Assembly (NCBI GenBank): GCA_964435565.1 | Contig: CAYSZR010000007.1 | Coordinates: 1-46,981 of the forward strand | From: an uncultured Coriobacteriaceae bacterium | Lineage (GTDB): Bacteria; Actinomycetota; Coriobacteriia; Coriobacteriales; QAMH01 | Reading direction: 5' to 3' | Length of the DNA: 46,981 nucleotides | Program-made: the position numbers and the translations under genes | Notes under the pieces: model-generated | Seen by the model: the letters and a program-made list of their open reading frames with translations, nothing else | Told to the model about the DNA's origin: nothing | Databases searched by the model: none | Shown here: piece by piece, positions 26,767 through 35,922 of the stretch | Numbering within the stretch: the stretch's first letter is position 1 | Layout: every line of letters starts with the position of its first letter

Positions 26767-27617
26767 GCACCGAGCTCCTTCGAACGTTGCGCCGCGGCGA
26801 TTATGCCATCTTCTATCGCGTCTTGCACACCTTTGGCCCGCATCGTATCAAGGGCAGCAACAGTCGTTCCGCCAGGGCTGCTTACCGCATCGATTGCAGA
26901 CGGAAGATCCTGCCCCGTCTGCTCAATGAGTTCGGCAGTGCCATGCATCGTCTGCAAAGCCAGATCCAATGCGGTTTCATAGGGCATACCGATCTTTTCA
27001 GCTGCACGCGCCATTGTCTCGACGAACAATTCAAAGTACGCAGGACCCGATCCGCTCAACGCAGTCACAACATCTTGTTGGTCTTCATCGACAATGACCG
27101 CATGGCCCATATGCGCGAACACGTCGCGCGCAAGCTCGCAGTCCTGCTCGCTCGCCGTTGAGCCACCACTGATGGCAGACATACCGCAACCGCACATCAA
27201 AGGTGTATTTGGCATCACGCGAATTATAGGCAACTTATTTCCTATAAGTTTTTCCAACTTAGCAGTCGAAACACCTGCGGCAATTGAGATGAGACGCGTG
27301 GTTTCAGGTATGCCAGCCGCAGCAAGCGATAAAGCGACTTCCTCAACGTGATTGGGCTTCACGGCGATAATCACAGTATCTGCAGGAAGCCCCTGCGAAG
27401 CATCCGCAACAGTGCGCACGCCATATTTGTCTGCAACTGCCTGCCTTTTTTCTGTTCCAGGGTTTGCAACCGTGATCGAAGCAGCAAAAACGCCGTCAAT
27501 TCGCAGCAGCCCACCTATAATTGCCTGCCCCATGCGTCCCCCACCCACTATGAGGACGTTTCCAAGCGCGCTGGCACAATTCACGTTCATGTTCTCCGAT
27601 TCGCTATCGAGGGTCAT
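26763..27617 (-). CDS. proC: Pyrroline-5-carboxylate reductase
   Basis: VLIVGGGRMGQAI Rossmann motif, RVMPNTP, and C-terminal SPGGTT. A start at the internal MNVN Met is possible. Confidence 0.85.
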   Translation of the reverse strand: MTLDSESENMNVNCASALGNVLIVGGGRMGQAIIGGLLRIDGVFAASITVANPGTEKRQAVADKYGVRTVADASQGLPADTVIIAVKPNHVEEVALSLAAAGIPETTRLISIAAGVSTAKLEKLIGNKLPIIRVMPNTPLMCGCGMSAISGGSTASEQDCELARDVFAHMGHAVIVDEDQQDVVTALSGSGPAYFELFVETMARAAEKIGMPYETALDLALQTMHGTAELIEQTGQDLPSAIDAVSSPGGTTVAALDTMRAKGVQDAIEDGIIAAAQRSKELGA

Positions 27618-27623
27618 ACCCTA

Positions 27624-28112
27624 TTATTTCAGGATGCCTTTCGAAACCAGATAGGCGCGGTCCTCATCGCTCAAGGCGCCGTCGCCCTTTGCAATAACAA
27701 ACACACGATCCGCAGCCTTGTCCACGTTAAGATTTAGCGCACTTGCAACGCCAAACGAAAAATCGAGAATACGCTTGGCTAGCGCAGGCTTGGTCTCAAC
27801 AACGCTCAAAACCACGACTTTGCCCATCTTCGCTGCATTGGCGACTTTCTCGATATCTGCATAGATTTTGGGGCAGACGATCTCAAGACGAGATGCCGGA
27901 CCGCCCTTCATCTGAAGGAAATCGGACCCAAGTGAGGAATACGGGTCGCGGCTGGGACGTGCGGCGGCCGGCTTATCCAAAAAGGAAGGAGCCTCCTGAT
28001 TGCCTGTCCGAATCACGCCGGGCTGCAGACGTGCCAATATTTCTGCTATAAGAATTCGAGGTCGAGCGCCCGCCATATCCCCTGCCGGATCGCTGTACAT
28101 CAAGACTGTCAT
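27624..28112 (-). CDS. sepF: SepF C-terminal FtsZ-binding core domain (frame B of a split sepF)
   Basis: Core-domain pattern LEIVCPKIYADIEKVANAAKMGKVVVLSV ... ALAKRILDFSFGVASAL ... DRVFVIA. The true start is uncertain: ATG 28112, TTG 27980 after AGGAGG, or fusion with the upstream frame. Confidence 0.7.
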   Translation of the reverse strand: MTVLMYSDPAGDMAGARPRILIAEILARLQPGVIRTGNQEAPSFLDKPAAARPSRDPYSSLGSDFLQMKGGPASRLEIVCPKIYADIEKVANAAKMGKVVVLSVVETKPALAKRILDFSFGVASALNLNVDKAADRVFVIAKGDGALSDEDRAYLVSKGILK

Positions 28113-28347
28113 AAGACGCGACGCGAGGTTTACGATCAGAAGCCAGTGTCACATGCTCGAAATTCTCTGGGTTATAAGAATCGAACGAGATTACCTCATG
28201 ACGATTATCGGGGTCTTCTTCGTCGTCGTACTTCTCATCATATCCTTCGTCGTATTCCGCATCATCGTAGTATTCTTCATCATCGGCCCATTCAGGCTTA
28301 TTGCCAAAGCCGAGTTTATCTTTCATGCCATCTAAAAGACTCATCAT
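27973..28347 (-). CDS. sepF: SepF N-terminal part: membrane-targeting amphipathic helix plus acidic/disordered linker (frame A of a split sepF)
   Basis: MMSLLDGMKDKLGFG matches the SepF N-terminal membrane-targeting sequence. A D/E/Y-rich then S/R/G-rich linker follows. The ORF ends at a UAA inside the frame B ORF and has no globular domain of its own. Confidence 0.6.
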   Translation of the reverse strand: MMSLLDGMKDKLGFGNKPEWADDEEYYDDAEYDEGYDEKYDDEEDPDNRHEVISFDSYNPENFEHVTLASDRKPRVASYDSLDVQRSGRGYGGRSTSNSYSRNIGTSAARRDSDRQSGGSFLFG

Positions 28348-28382
28348 GTGCCTCGCTTATATATAAATATGCTCCTAGTTGC

Positions 28383-29087
28383 TTATCGCAGCTCAAGAGC
28401 CGTAAAGTTTTCACTGAAGATCCTTCTTCCAATGCGAACCATCGTCGCGCCTTCTTCGATCGCCGGCGCGTAATCTTCGGACATTCCCATCGAAAGTTCA
28501 TCCATTGAGATACTATCACGCTTATCGCAGTATTGAGACATCATCTGGGCCAAGTTTTCCAAACCTACAAATGTTTGCCGAGCAACAGCAAGATCGCCTT
28601 GCGGGGCCATCGTCATGAGCCCCTCGCAGCACACATGCTGACACTGCGCAATTTGCTCTATAAACGCAGGCAAATCTGCCGGCGCTATGCCTCCCTTGCT
28701 CTGCTCTCCAGAAACCGACACCTCTACGAGTACTTTCTGGATGCACTCGAGCTTCGCGGCAGATTTCTCGATTTCTTCAAGAAGCGACAACCTGTCCAGC
28801 GAATGAATCAGATAAGCTTTTCCAACCACCTGTTTTGCCTTGTTGGACTGAAGCGATCCAATAAAATGCCAGCGCGCCTGTGGATATGCCTCGAATTTTT
28901 CATTGAACGGTTTCTCGCGGTTTTCTCCGAAATCCATGGCTCCGCAACGTATCGCCTGGCCCACGACATCTGGCCCAACAGTCTTGCTGACTGCGACTAT
29001 TCTCACGTCGCGCGGGTTTCTGCCGCAGTCGATACAGACCTTTGCGACATCAGCGCATGCCGCATCCCAACGTTCTTGTAAACCCAT
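28383..29087 (-). CDS. yggS: YggS-family pyridoxal-phosphate homeostasis protein
   Basis: VAVSKTV (PLP Lys), HFIGSLQSNK, SMGMSEDY. Confidence 0.9.
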   Translation of the reverse strand: MGLQERWDAACADVAKVCIDCGRNPRDVRIVAVSKTVGPDVVGQAIRCGAMDFGENREKPFNEKFEAYPQARWHFIGSLQSNKAKQVVGKAYLIHSLDRLSLLEEIEKSAAKLECIQKVLVEVSVSGEQSKGGIAPADLPAFIEQIAQCQHVCCEGLMTMAPQGDLAVARQTFVGLENLAQMMSQYCDKRDSISMDELSMGMSEDYAPAIEEGATMVRIGRRIFSENFTALELR

Positions 29088-29089
29088 AT

Positions 29090-29950
29090 CTACTCTTTTC
29101 GTAACGCAAAGGCACCATGGCGTCCGGTCAAACCGTTTTCAGCACGGTGCGAGAAAAATCTATCAGTCGAACATGAGGTGCAGATCTGTACATCGACGAT
29201 TCTCTCAGATGAAGCACCAACGCGTCGTAATGACGCAATGACAGCCCCCGAAAGATCCAGATGGTTTTCGCCTGCATCACAATCCATACCGTATTTTGCA
29301 ACAAATTGCTTAAGTATTCCTGAACCGACCTCATAGCAGCATTTACCAATATGAGGGCCTATATAACAGTTGATGTCTGATATTTGGCAACTTGTTGCCT
29401 TTGCAAGTTTCTCAAGTCCGATTTCGGGAATGCCTCCCAGCGCGCCGCGCCAGCCCGCGTGCAGGACGGCAAAAGCGCCGCCAGGAGCAACGAGGATAAC
29501 AGGGACGCAATCTGCAAAGCAAAGCAAAACGGGAACATCTGGTTGAACGCACACCACACCATCGACACCCTCTTGTGCACGTACCTGAGCTGTTTGAGCG
29601 TCGTTCACTTCAAGAACATCGACACCGTGCACTTGCTGTGGCCAGACAAGCCTATCAGCGCAATCCCGGGCGCCAAGCGCTTCGCACAAAAGACGCCTAT
29701 TGGCATCAACCGCAGCCTCTTCATCCCCTACAGCACAGGAAAGATTGAGGGCCGCATAGGGAGGAGCGCTCATGCCTCCCGCGCGCGTCGTGAATGCAAT
29801 ACGTGTACCGCACGACTCATATACAGCATCGTCAGTGAATATTGAGAGCGTGGTTTCAGGCGTACTAGCAGAACTCTCTGCCAGCCGCGGGAGCGGCAGA
29901 CAGAGAGTTCCATCAGAATATTTATCGAGTGCTTCGGCTTTTACAAGCAT
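29090..29950 (-). CDS. pgeF: PgeF/YfiH (DUF152, laccase-domain) peptidoglycan editing factor
   Basis: QVHG..V, CFADCVPVIL, HAGWRG and CTSC motifs. The start overlaps the ftsZ stop. Confidence 0.85.
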   Translation of the reverse strand: MLVKAEALDKYSDGTLCLPLPRLAESSASTPETTLSIFTDDAVYESCGTRIAFTTRAGGMSAPPYAALNLSCAVGDEEAAVDANRRLLCEALGARDCADRLVWPQQVHGVDVLEVNDAQTAQVRAQEGVDGVVCVQPDVPVLLCFADCVPVILVAPGGAFAVLHAGWRGALGGIPEIGLEKLAKATSCQISDINCYIGPHIGKCCYEVGSGILKQFVAKYGMDCDAGENHLDLSGAVIASLRRVGASSERIVDVQICTSCSTDRFFSHRAENGLTGRHGAFALRKE

Positions 29951-31044
29951 TAATAACGGCTGCGTTTGAGAAAATCAGGAATATCGTCGTCAAACGGGCT
30001 GCTCGAAGCGTGCTCTTCCAGAGCGCCTCCACCATAAAGCGAGTTATTGCTTCTTGGTGCGCTATCAAAATCCATGCTCGGCTGCTGTTCGGTTCCGTCA
30101 AAGCCTGTCGCGATGACGGTAACGCGAATGGAGTCGTCCATGGAATCATCGATGACTGTACCAAAGATGATATTCGCTTCCTCATCAGCTGCAGCATTGA
30201 TGATCTGCGAAGCCTCATCGATCTCTTGCAAGCTCATATCGCTGCCGCCGGTGATCGAATAGAGGATACGATCGGCGCCCACGATAGAAGATTCGAGGAG
30301 CTTCGAGGAAATAGCTTCCTTCGCAGCATCGGACGCACGATTTTCACCAGATGCGATGCCAATACCCATCATCGCGCTGCCGGCGTCCTTCATAATCGCA
30401 CGAACATCGGCAAAGTCGAGGTTGATAAGGCCTGGAATCGTAATGAGGTCTGTAATGCCTTGCGTGCCCTGGCGAAGGATATCGTCTGCAATGCGAAACG
30501 CATCGAGCATCGATGTCCGTTTTTCGATAACCTGAAGCAAGCGATCGTTGGGGACGACGATAAGCGTATCGACCTTTTGGGCAAGAAGGGCGATGCCCTC
30601 TTCGGCCTGGCTCATACGCTTGCGACCCTCGAAACCGAACGGCTTGGTGACAACCCCCACAGTCAGAGCGCCGATCTCTTCCATAGCGATCTCTGCAACG
30701 ACAGGAGCTGCGCCGGTACCCGTGCCGCCGCCTTCGCCGGCGGTCACGAAGACCATATCGGCACCAGCGAGTGCATCGCGGATATCGGAACGGGATTCTT
30801 CGGCAGCCTGAGCGCCTATTTCGGGATTAGCGCCGGCGCCAAGGCCGCGGGTGAGCTCTTCGCCGATGTGAACAGTACGATCTGCATCCGACATGAGCAG
30901 TGCCTGGCGGTCTGTGTTTATCGCGATGAATTCGACGCCTTTGACGCCTGCTTCGACCATGCGGTTAACCGCATTGGTGCCGCCGCCGCCTACGCCGACC
31001 ACCTTGATAACCGCGAGATGGTCTGATCCTGTATATTCGGGCAT
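29950..31044 (-). CDS. ftsZ: Cell division GTPase FtsZ
   Basis: [22 protein letters not shown] and the C-terminal peptide [10 protein letters not shown]. The start is taken at MPEYTGS (GGAAGGA 5 nt upstream); the longest ORF runs to 31089. Confidence 0.95.
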   Translation of the reverse strand: MPEYTGSDHLAVIKVVGVGGGGTNAVNRMVEAGVKGVEFIAINTDRQALLMSDADRTVHIGEELTRGLGAGANPEIGAQAAEESRSDIRDALAGADMVFVTAGEGGGTGTGAAPVVAEIAMEEIGALTVGVVTKPFGFEGRKRMSQAEEGIALLAQKVDTLIVVPNDRLLQVIEKRTSMLDAFRIADDILRQGTQGITDLITIPGLINLDFADVRAIMKDAGSAMMGIGIASGENRASDAAKEAISSKLLESSIVGADRILYSITGGSDMSLQEIDEASQIINAAADEEANIIFGTVIDDSMDDSIRVTVIATGFDGTEQQPSMDFDSAPRSNNSLYGGGALEEHASSSPFDDDIPDFLKRSRY

Positions 31045-31381
31045 TTCAGTCCTTCCTACGTTCGAGGAGATTCGGTCTCCCTTTCGCAATCTCCGCTTAT
31101 GCTCCGTTTAGTCTGTTTGTCGATATAAATCCACCGTTTCGAAGTATACACTTCAAGTTGACGAACGCCCACTATATATGCTGTTTTTTGCTGAGTTTTC
31201 ACGCCATTCGCAGATAAATGTTAGTCAAACGGGCTAAATCTGTTCTACATACCCTTTCTGACATCAACACTAAAACGTGTCCATCATTCGTCGGCGAATG
31301 GCCCGCTGGTGACATTGCAGACCAAAACCGTAGTTGTCAGACAACATCGAACTACAAAAAAGACGCAGTGAGAACTTGGCC

Positions 31382-32419
31382 TTATTCGGAGCTCTGGCTA
31401 TCAGTGGTTGATTCGTTGAGCATACGATATGTGGGACGAGTCGGAACACGCACGTTAATGTAGGAAACCCTGCCCTCATACTGTTCAAGAAGCGAATTGA
31501 TCGCGGCTTCCTTCAGTTCGACGTTGCTCGAATCGCCAAACGCGACCGTGACACCATCCTCGAGATTGAGAGAGGTCTTTATCGAAGACTCGGCCGAAAT
31601 GCTCACAATGCGAGACCGAAGATCATCGCTTATGGCGTTAAGAATGGAAAGCGCATTGGTAATACCGCCATCGGTGCAGGTGCTACCCGATATGGGCGCA
31701 GGCATCGAAGGTGACACGTCGATGATCTTCATCGACGTGTTCCAATCCTCGGACGTAGCCGCCGAAAGCCATGTTCCGTCAGTCGAGATAACCCAATTGG
31801 ACTTATCGTTGATTTTAGCGACTGCGCCAGGCTCGCGTTCAGTGATGTCGATAATGAGCGTGTCAGGAAACTCGCGGCGTATAGAAGCGTCTTGCACCCA
31901 TGCGTTGTCCTTGAGCCTTCCGGTGATGCCACTCGCATCCAACCTGAGCAAAGTCGAGCTATCAGAAACGGCTGCAATACTCGTGATTTCCTGGCTTGTC
32001 AGATGTGACACGCCGTTGACCTGCACGGTATTGACATGGAACAAGTCACTTCTGTACACGAAAAGAGATCCGAAGATCACAACAAGAACGATTGCGATGG
32101 CGATACCAATTCGTCCGATATAGCGAAGATATTGGCTGCGTTGCCGTTTGGCACGCTGCTCGGCACGAATTGCTCCTGCCCGTCTGCCTTGTCCACGCGT
32201 GCGCGATATATCCCGCTCGGCGTTTTCCACTTGGTCTTTACGCGCAAAAGCTTTATCGACACGGTTGAACTGCTGAGATGCCTCAACTTTTCTTCCCTGC
32301 CGCGTCGCCTTGACCGATTTGCGTTTGCCCGTGGCACCGGCCGAAGCACTATTGAGTTGTCCGCCCCGTCTAGGCCGGGAATCCGAGGAACTTGACCTCG
32401 GGCCCGAGCGTTGTGCCAT
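31382..32419 (-). CDS. ftsQ: Cell division protein FtsQ/DivIB with long basic N-terminal tail
   Basis: Single TM helix IGIAIAIVLVVIFGSLFV, then a POTRA-like VNTVQVNGVSHLTSQEI. AAGGAGA upstream. Overlaps the murB 3' end by 50 nt. Confidence 0.85.
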   Translation of the reverse strand: MAQRSGPRSSSSDSRPRRGGQLNSASAGATGKRKSVKATRQGRKVEASQQFNRVDKAFARKDQVENAERDISRTRGQGRRAGAIRAEQRAKRQRSQYLRYIGRIGIAIAIVLVVIFGSLFVYRSDLFHVNTVQVNGVSHLTSQEITSIAAVSDSSTLLRLDASGITGRLKDNAWVQDASIRREFPDTLIIDITEREPGAVAKINDKSNWVISTDGTWLSAATSEDWNTSMKIIDVSPSMPAPISGSTCTDGGITNALSILNAISDDLRSRIVSISAESSIKTSLNLEDGVTVAFGDSSNVELKEAAINSLLEQYEGRVSYINVRVPTRPTYRMLNESTTDSQSSE

Positions 32420-33329
32420 ATGTCTCCTTCACGCGGTCGCGTGCCAATCGAATAAGCGCAAGAACATCATCTGCGCAAGCAGAACCGGTATTCACGATGA
32501 AATTCGAATGTAAGGCCGATATCTGCGCGCCCCCGCAGCTTGCCCCAGATAACCCACAGTCGCTGATAAGCTGTCCGGCGGATTTGCCAGGCGGGTTTTT
32601 GAACACGCTCCCGCAGCTGCGTTCTGAAAGCGGTTGAACCGCAGTGCGCGCGTCAAGACGCTCTTGCATGGCAGCAGCGATCTTATCCTTATCGCCAACC
32701 CTTAGCGCAATCGTTGCCTCAACGATTATCTCGTCGGCCGGCAAGCCGCTTGAACGATAGTCCCAGGCGATTTCGTTACCACGCGTCTTCTTAAGTCCAA
32801 AACCAGGCTTATAGCTCGTGATCGTCAAAACACGCGACCCGATCCATTCGTCGCGGCTTCCTGCATTCATGAACAAAGCACCGCCAAACGTACCAGGAAC
32901 GCCAACGGCAAATTCGAGTCCCGACAGCCCATATCCAAACGCCTGCTGCACAACACGCGCAAGCGGCGTCGCCGCGCCTATCGTCACCGCCAGCTCTTGC
33001 CCTGTTTCGAGCGAAACGCTCATTTCATCACGTTTCTCAAGGTCACCGAAATCACAGCTGGAGAATTCACCGGTTAACGTGATAACGGCGGCATCATAGC
33101 CGGTATCAGAAACAAGTACATTGCTGCCTTTTCCAATAACTGCCCAAGCGACATGCTCTTCTGCAAGAACATCACAGACAAGCGCTAGGTCGGCGATGCT
33201 CGTGCATTCGATAAAGAGCGCGGCAGGCCCACCGATACGGTAAGTCGTATGCCGCGTCATAGGCTCATCGCAGCGAACGGATCCGGATAAAGTGCCTTCC
33301 AGACGCACGTATGCATCGAACACGCTCAA
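32370..33329 (-). CDS. murB: UDP-N-acetylenolpyruvoylglucosamine reductase
   Basis: TTYRIGGPA, GKGSNVLV and GSVFKNP motifs. Confidence 0.9.
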   Translation of the reverse strand: MSVFDAYVRLEGTLSGSVRCDEPMTRHTTYRIGGPAALFIECTSIADLALVCDVLAEEHVAWAVIGKGSNVLVSDTGYDAAVITLTGEFSSCDFGDLEKRDEMSVSLETGQELAVTIGAATPLARVVQQAFGYGLSGLEFAVGVPGTFGGALFMNAGSRDEWIGSRVLTITSYKPGFGLKKTRGNEIAWDYRSSGLPADEIIVEATIALRVGDKDKIAAAMQERLDARTAVQPLSERSCGSVFKNPPGKSAGQLISDCGLSGASCGGAQISALHSNFIVNTGSACADDVLALIRLARDRVKETYGTTLGPEVKFLGFPA

Positions 33330-33338
33330 GAGGATCTC

Positions 33339-34742
33339 CTATTCCTCTTCAAGCGCCTGCGTGATAAGCGGTGCCATCGATGTCACATCACCAGCGCCCA
33401 TCGTAATAAGCAAATCGCCGGGTGCAATCTTCCCAAGCATATATGGGACGATTTCCTGACGGTGAGGCATCCAGGCAACCTGCTGCCTAGGATTATGGAC
33501 AAGAATCGATTCAGCAACCGTTTTTCCGCTGATGCCAGGAATGGGCGTCTCCCCAGCCGGATACACATCCATAACGGTGACAGAATCAGCATTGTCGAAA
33601 GCAGGACCGAATATTCTCGCAAGCGATTCCGTACGTGTATAGCGATGGGGCTGGAACAAGACATGCACATGATTGAAATCAAGCTTCGACGCAGCACGGA
33701 TAGTCGCAGCGATTTCAGTGGGATGATGCGCATAATCATCGACGACCGTTACACCGCCAGCCTCGCCGATAAGATCGAATCTGCGCCGAACGCCAGAAAA
33801 CGTCGATAACGCCTTTGCCGCCGCCTGCACGTCAAGACCACATGCCCAAACGACACCGAGCACGCCGGTGGCATTAAGGACATTATGGCGACCTGGATTT
33901 TTCGTAATCTCAACGGGAACGCTTGTGCCATCAGGAAAACTCACGGTAAAGGCATATCCAAGCCCGCTTCTTCCCGTGACCTTGAAACAAACATCACAGG
34001 CATCGCACCCTTGCTCTCCATAAACGACGGTGCGTTTTTTCGATGCATGGGCGATTTGTGCAAGACGAGGGTTATCCGCGCATACGACAGCGGCACCTTC
34101 ATCGGGCAACAAGGACAGAAAGTCCCCAAAGGCATCATAGATCGCCTCGAGACTCCCATAATGATCAAGATGATCCGGTTCGATATTGGTTATGAGCGCA
34201 ACGTAGGGCGAAAGATGAACAAATGAGCCGTCTGATTCATCCGCCTCGACGATATAGTAGTCACCCTCGCCGCTTTTAGCATTGGTGTTATAGCCATCTA
34301 CCGTGCCCCCGATAACAAAACTCGGATCGAGCCCCATGCGATCAATGGTCGTAGCGAGCATCGAAGAGGTGGTTGTCTTGCCATGCGTACCCGCGCATGC
34401 GAGAGTCTTTTTATCCCTGCCAAGCGCAGCGAGCATATGAGAACGATGCCAAATGGTCGTACCGCGTCTCCTTGCCTCAGCGAGCTCGGGGTTGTTTTCG
34501 GGAATGGCGCTCGAAATGACGACTGCATCTGCATCTTCGGGGAGATTGCGTGCGTCATGGCCGACCGAAACCTGTATCCCCGCGCGCACAAGCTGGCGAG
34601 TGGCACGCGATTCCTTCATATCCGAACCGCTGACCTGCATACCATGCGCATTTGCAACAAGTGCAATGCCTGACATGCCAACGCCGCCTATGCCGATAAA
34701 ATGTATCTTCTTCGGTTCTTTCACGTTATTTCCCCTGTGCAC
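33339..34742 (-). CDS. murC: UDP-N-acetylmuramate--L-alanine ligase
   Basis: IHFIGIGGVGMSGIA, GTHGKTTTSS, DDYAHHPTE. Confidence 0.95.
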   Translation of the reverse strand: MHRGNNVKEPKKIHFIGIGGVGMSGIALVANAHGMQVSGSDMKESRATRQLVRAGIQVSVGHDARNLPEDADAVVISSAIPENNPELAEARRRGTTIWHRSHMLAALGRDKKTLACAGTHGKTTTSSMLATTIDRMGLDPSFVIGGTVDGYNTNAKSGEGDYYIVEADESDGSFVHLSPYVALITNIEPDHLDHYGSLEAIYDAFGDFLSLLPDEGAAVVCADNPRLAQIAHASKKRTVVYGEQGCDACDVCFKVTGRSGLGYAFTVSFPDGTSVPVEITKNPGRHNVLNATGVLGVVWACGLDVQAAAKALSTFSGVRRRFDLIGEAGGVTVVDDYAHHPTEIAATIRAASKLDFNHVHVLFQPHRYTRTESLARIFGPAFDNADSVTVMDVYPAGETPIPGISGKTVAESILVHNPRQQVAWMPHRQEIVPYMLGKIAPGDLLITMGAGDVTSMAPLITQALEEE

Positions 34743-35826
34743 ATTGTTCGACTATATCTGCAAGACGGACGCGCGCGTCCGTTCCCGAGAGCTGTTTGCA
34801 AGCGGTTGCCATGGTATCACGACGTGCCCTATCTCCAAGCAACTCAACAATCAAATTAGAAAAAGCGGGCGTTTCAACATCCGCGTCGGCTATAAGCTCG
34901 GCAGCGCCCACCGAAACGCAAGACTGTGCGTTCAGCGTCTGATGATCTCCACGCGCATGCGGATACGGTATAAGTACTGAAGGGACGCCAATGGTCATGA
35001 TCTCTGCCAGCGAGGATGCCCCCGCTCTGCTAACGATAAGGTCGCTTGCCGCAATTGTGGGTCCCATCGCGTCAATATACGGACTGACTTTCCAGCGCTG
35101 CGACTCTTCAGGCGTCAAAGCGAGTCGTTCTATGACAGCATCATGGTCACGCTCGCCCGTTGAATGAATAACATAGAGGTCATCGATGGCAAGCAGACGC
35201 TCCTTCAAAGCGCACATCGCCTCGTTCAGATGCTGAGCACCCAGACTCCCACCGATAATCAGGAGGACCAAAGCATCTTCAGGAATGCCGAGTGCCTTTC
35301 GACCTTCGTTGCGCGAGCATGTTTCAAATGATGCGCGCACCGGGTTGCCTAAAACGACCGGTTCATATTTGCTTTCGAGCCCCGCCGCGCTTTGCGCGTA
35401 GGTAAGCGCTGTAACCGTTGCGTGTTTGGAAAGATACGCATTCGCCATACCGGGCACAGAATTCTGCTCATGGATGACAAGCGGAATATGCATTTCGTAT
35501 GCTGCACGTCCCACGGGAATCGATACATATGCGCCAAACGCGATAACGGCATCGGGACGACGTTCCTCGAACATCTGCTTGGCTTTGCGCGTTGCCTTGA
35601 GCAGCTTCGTTCCCGACGTCACAAGCGTAAGCGGATGAGCTTTATCAAAGCCGCTCACCGCAAAGCCGGTGAAATCGAATCCGGCCTGTTTCGCGAGTCG
35701 CGCCTCAATGTGATCAGGCGTGCCAACGAATAAAATCTCATGACCGCGGCGTTGCAGTTCATCGGCAACCGCAATCGCTGGATTGATATGGCCGGCGGTG
35801 CCGCCAGCCGTAACGACAAAATACAA
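34726..35826 (-). CDS. murG: Undecaprenyldiphospho-muramoylpentapeptide beta-N-acetylglucosaminyltransferase
   Basis: TAGGTAGHINPAIAV at the N-terminus, with a GT28 layout. Confidence 0.95.
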   Translation of the reverse strand: MYFVVTAGGTAGHINPAIAVADELQRRGHEILFVGTPDHIEARLAKQAGFDFTGFAVSGFDKAHPLTLVTSGTKLLKATRKAKQMFEERRPDAVIAFGAYVSIPVGRAAYEMHIPLVIHEQNSVPGMANAYLSKHATVTALTYAQSAAGLESKYEPVVLGNPVRASFETCSRNEGRKALGIPEDALVLLIIGGSLGAQHLNEAMCALKERLLAIDDLYVIHSTGERDHDAVIERLALTPEESQRWKVSPYIDAMGPTIAASDLIVSRAGASSLAEIMTIGVPSVLIPYPHARGDHQTLNAQSCVSVGAAELIADADVETPAFSNLIVELLGDRARRDTMATACKQLSGTDARVRLADIVEQCAQGK

Positions 35827-35922
35827 GAACGCTCCCTTTCTAAGTTTTCAGAGAGTTTAGCGCATTATCGACTCGCACGCCCAAGGCACAACGAAGCACC
35901 ATACTCCGCACCGTGCCGTTGC

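Noticed and set aside
29929-31026. 365-aa plus-strand ORF.
   Set aside because: It is antisense to ftsZ, whose identity is unambiguous. No motifs or SD are present.
31218-31488. Small ORFs (81 aa on the plus strand, 72 aa on the minus strand) in and around the ftsQ-ftsZ spacer.
   Set aside because: Both overlap the 3' end of ftsQ out of frame, lack SD sequences and have implausible composition.
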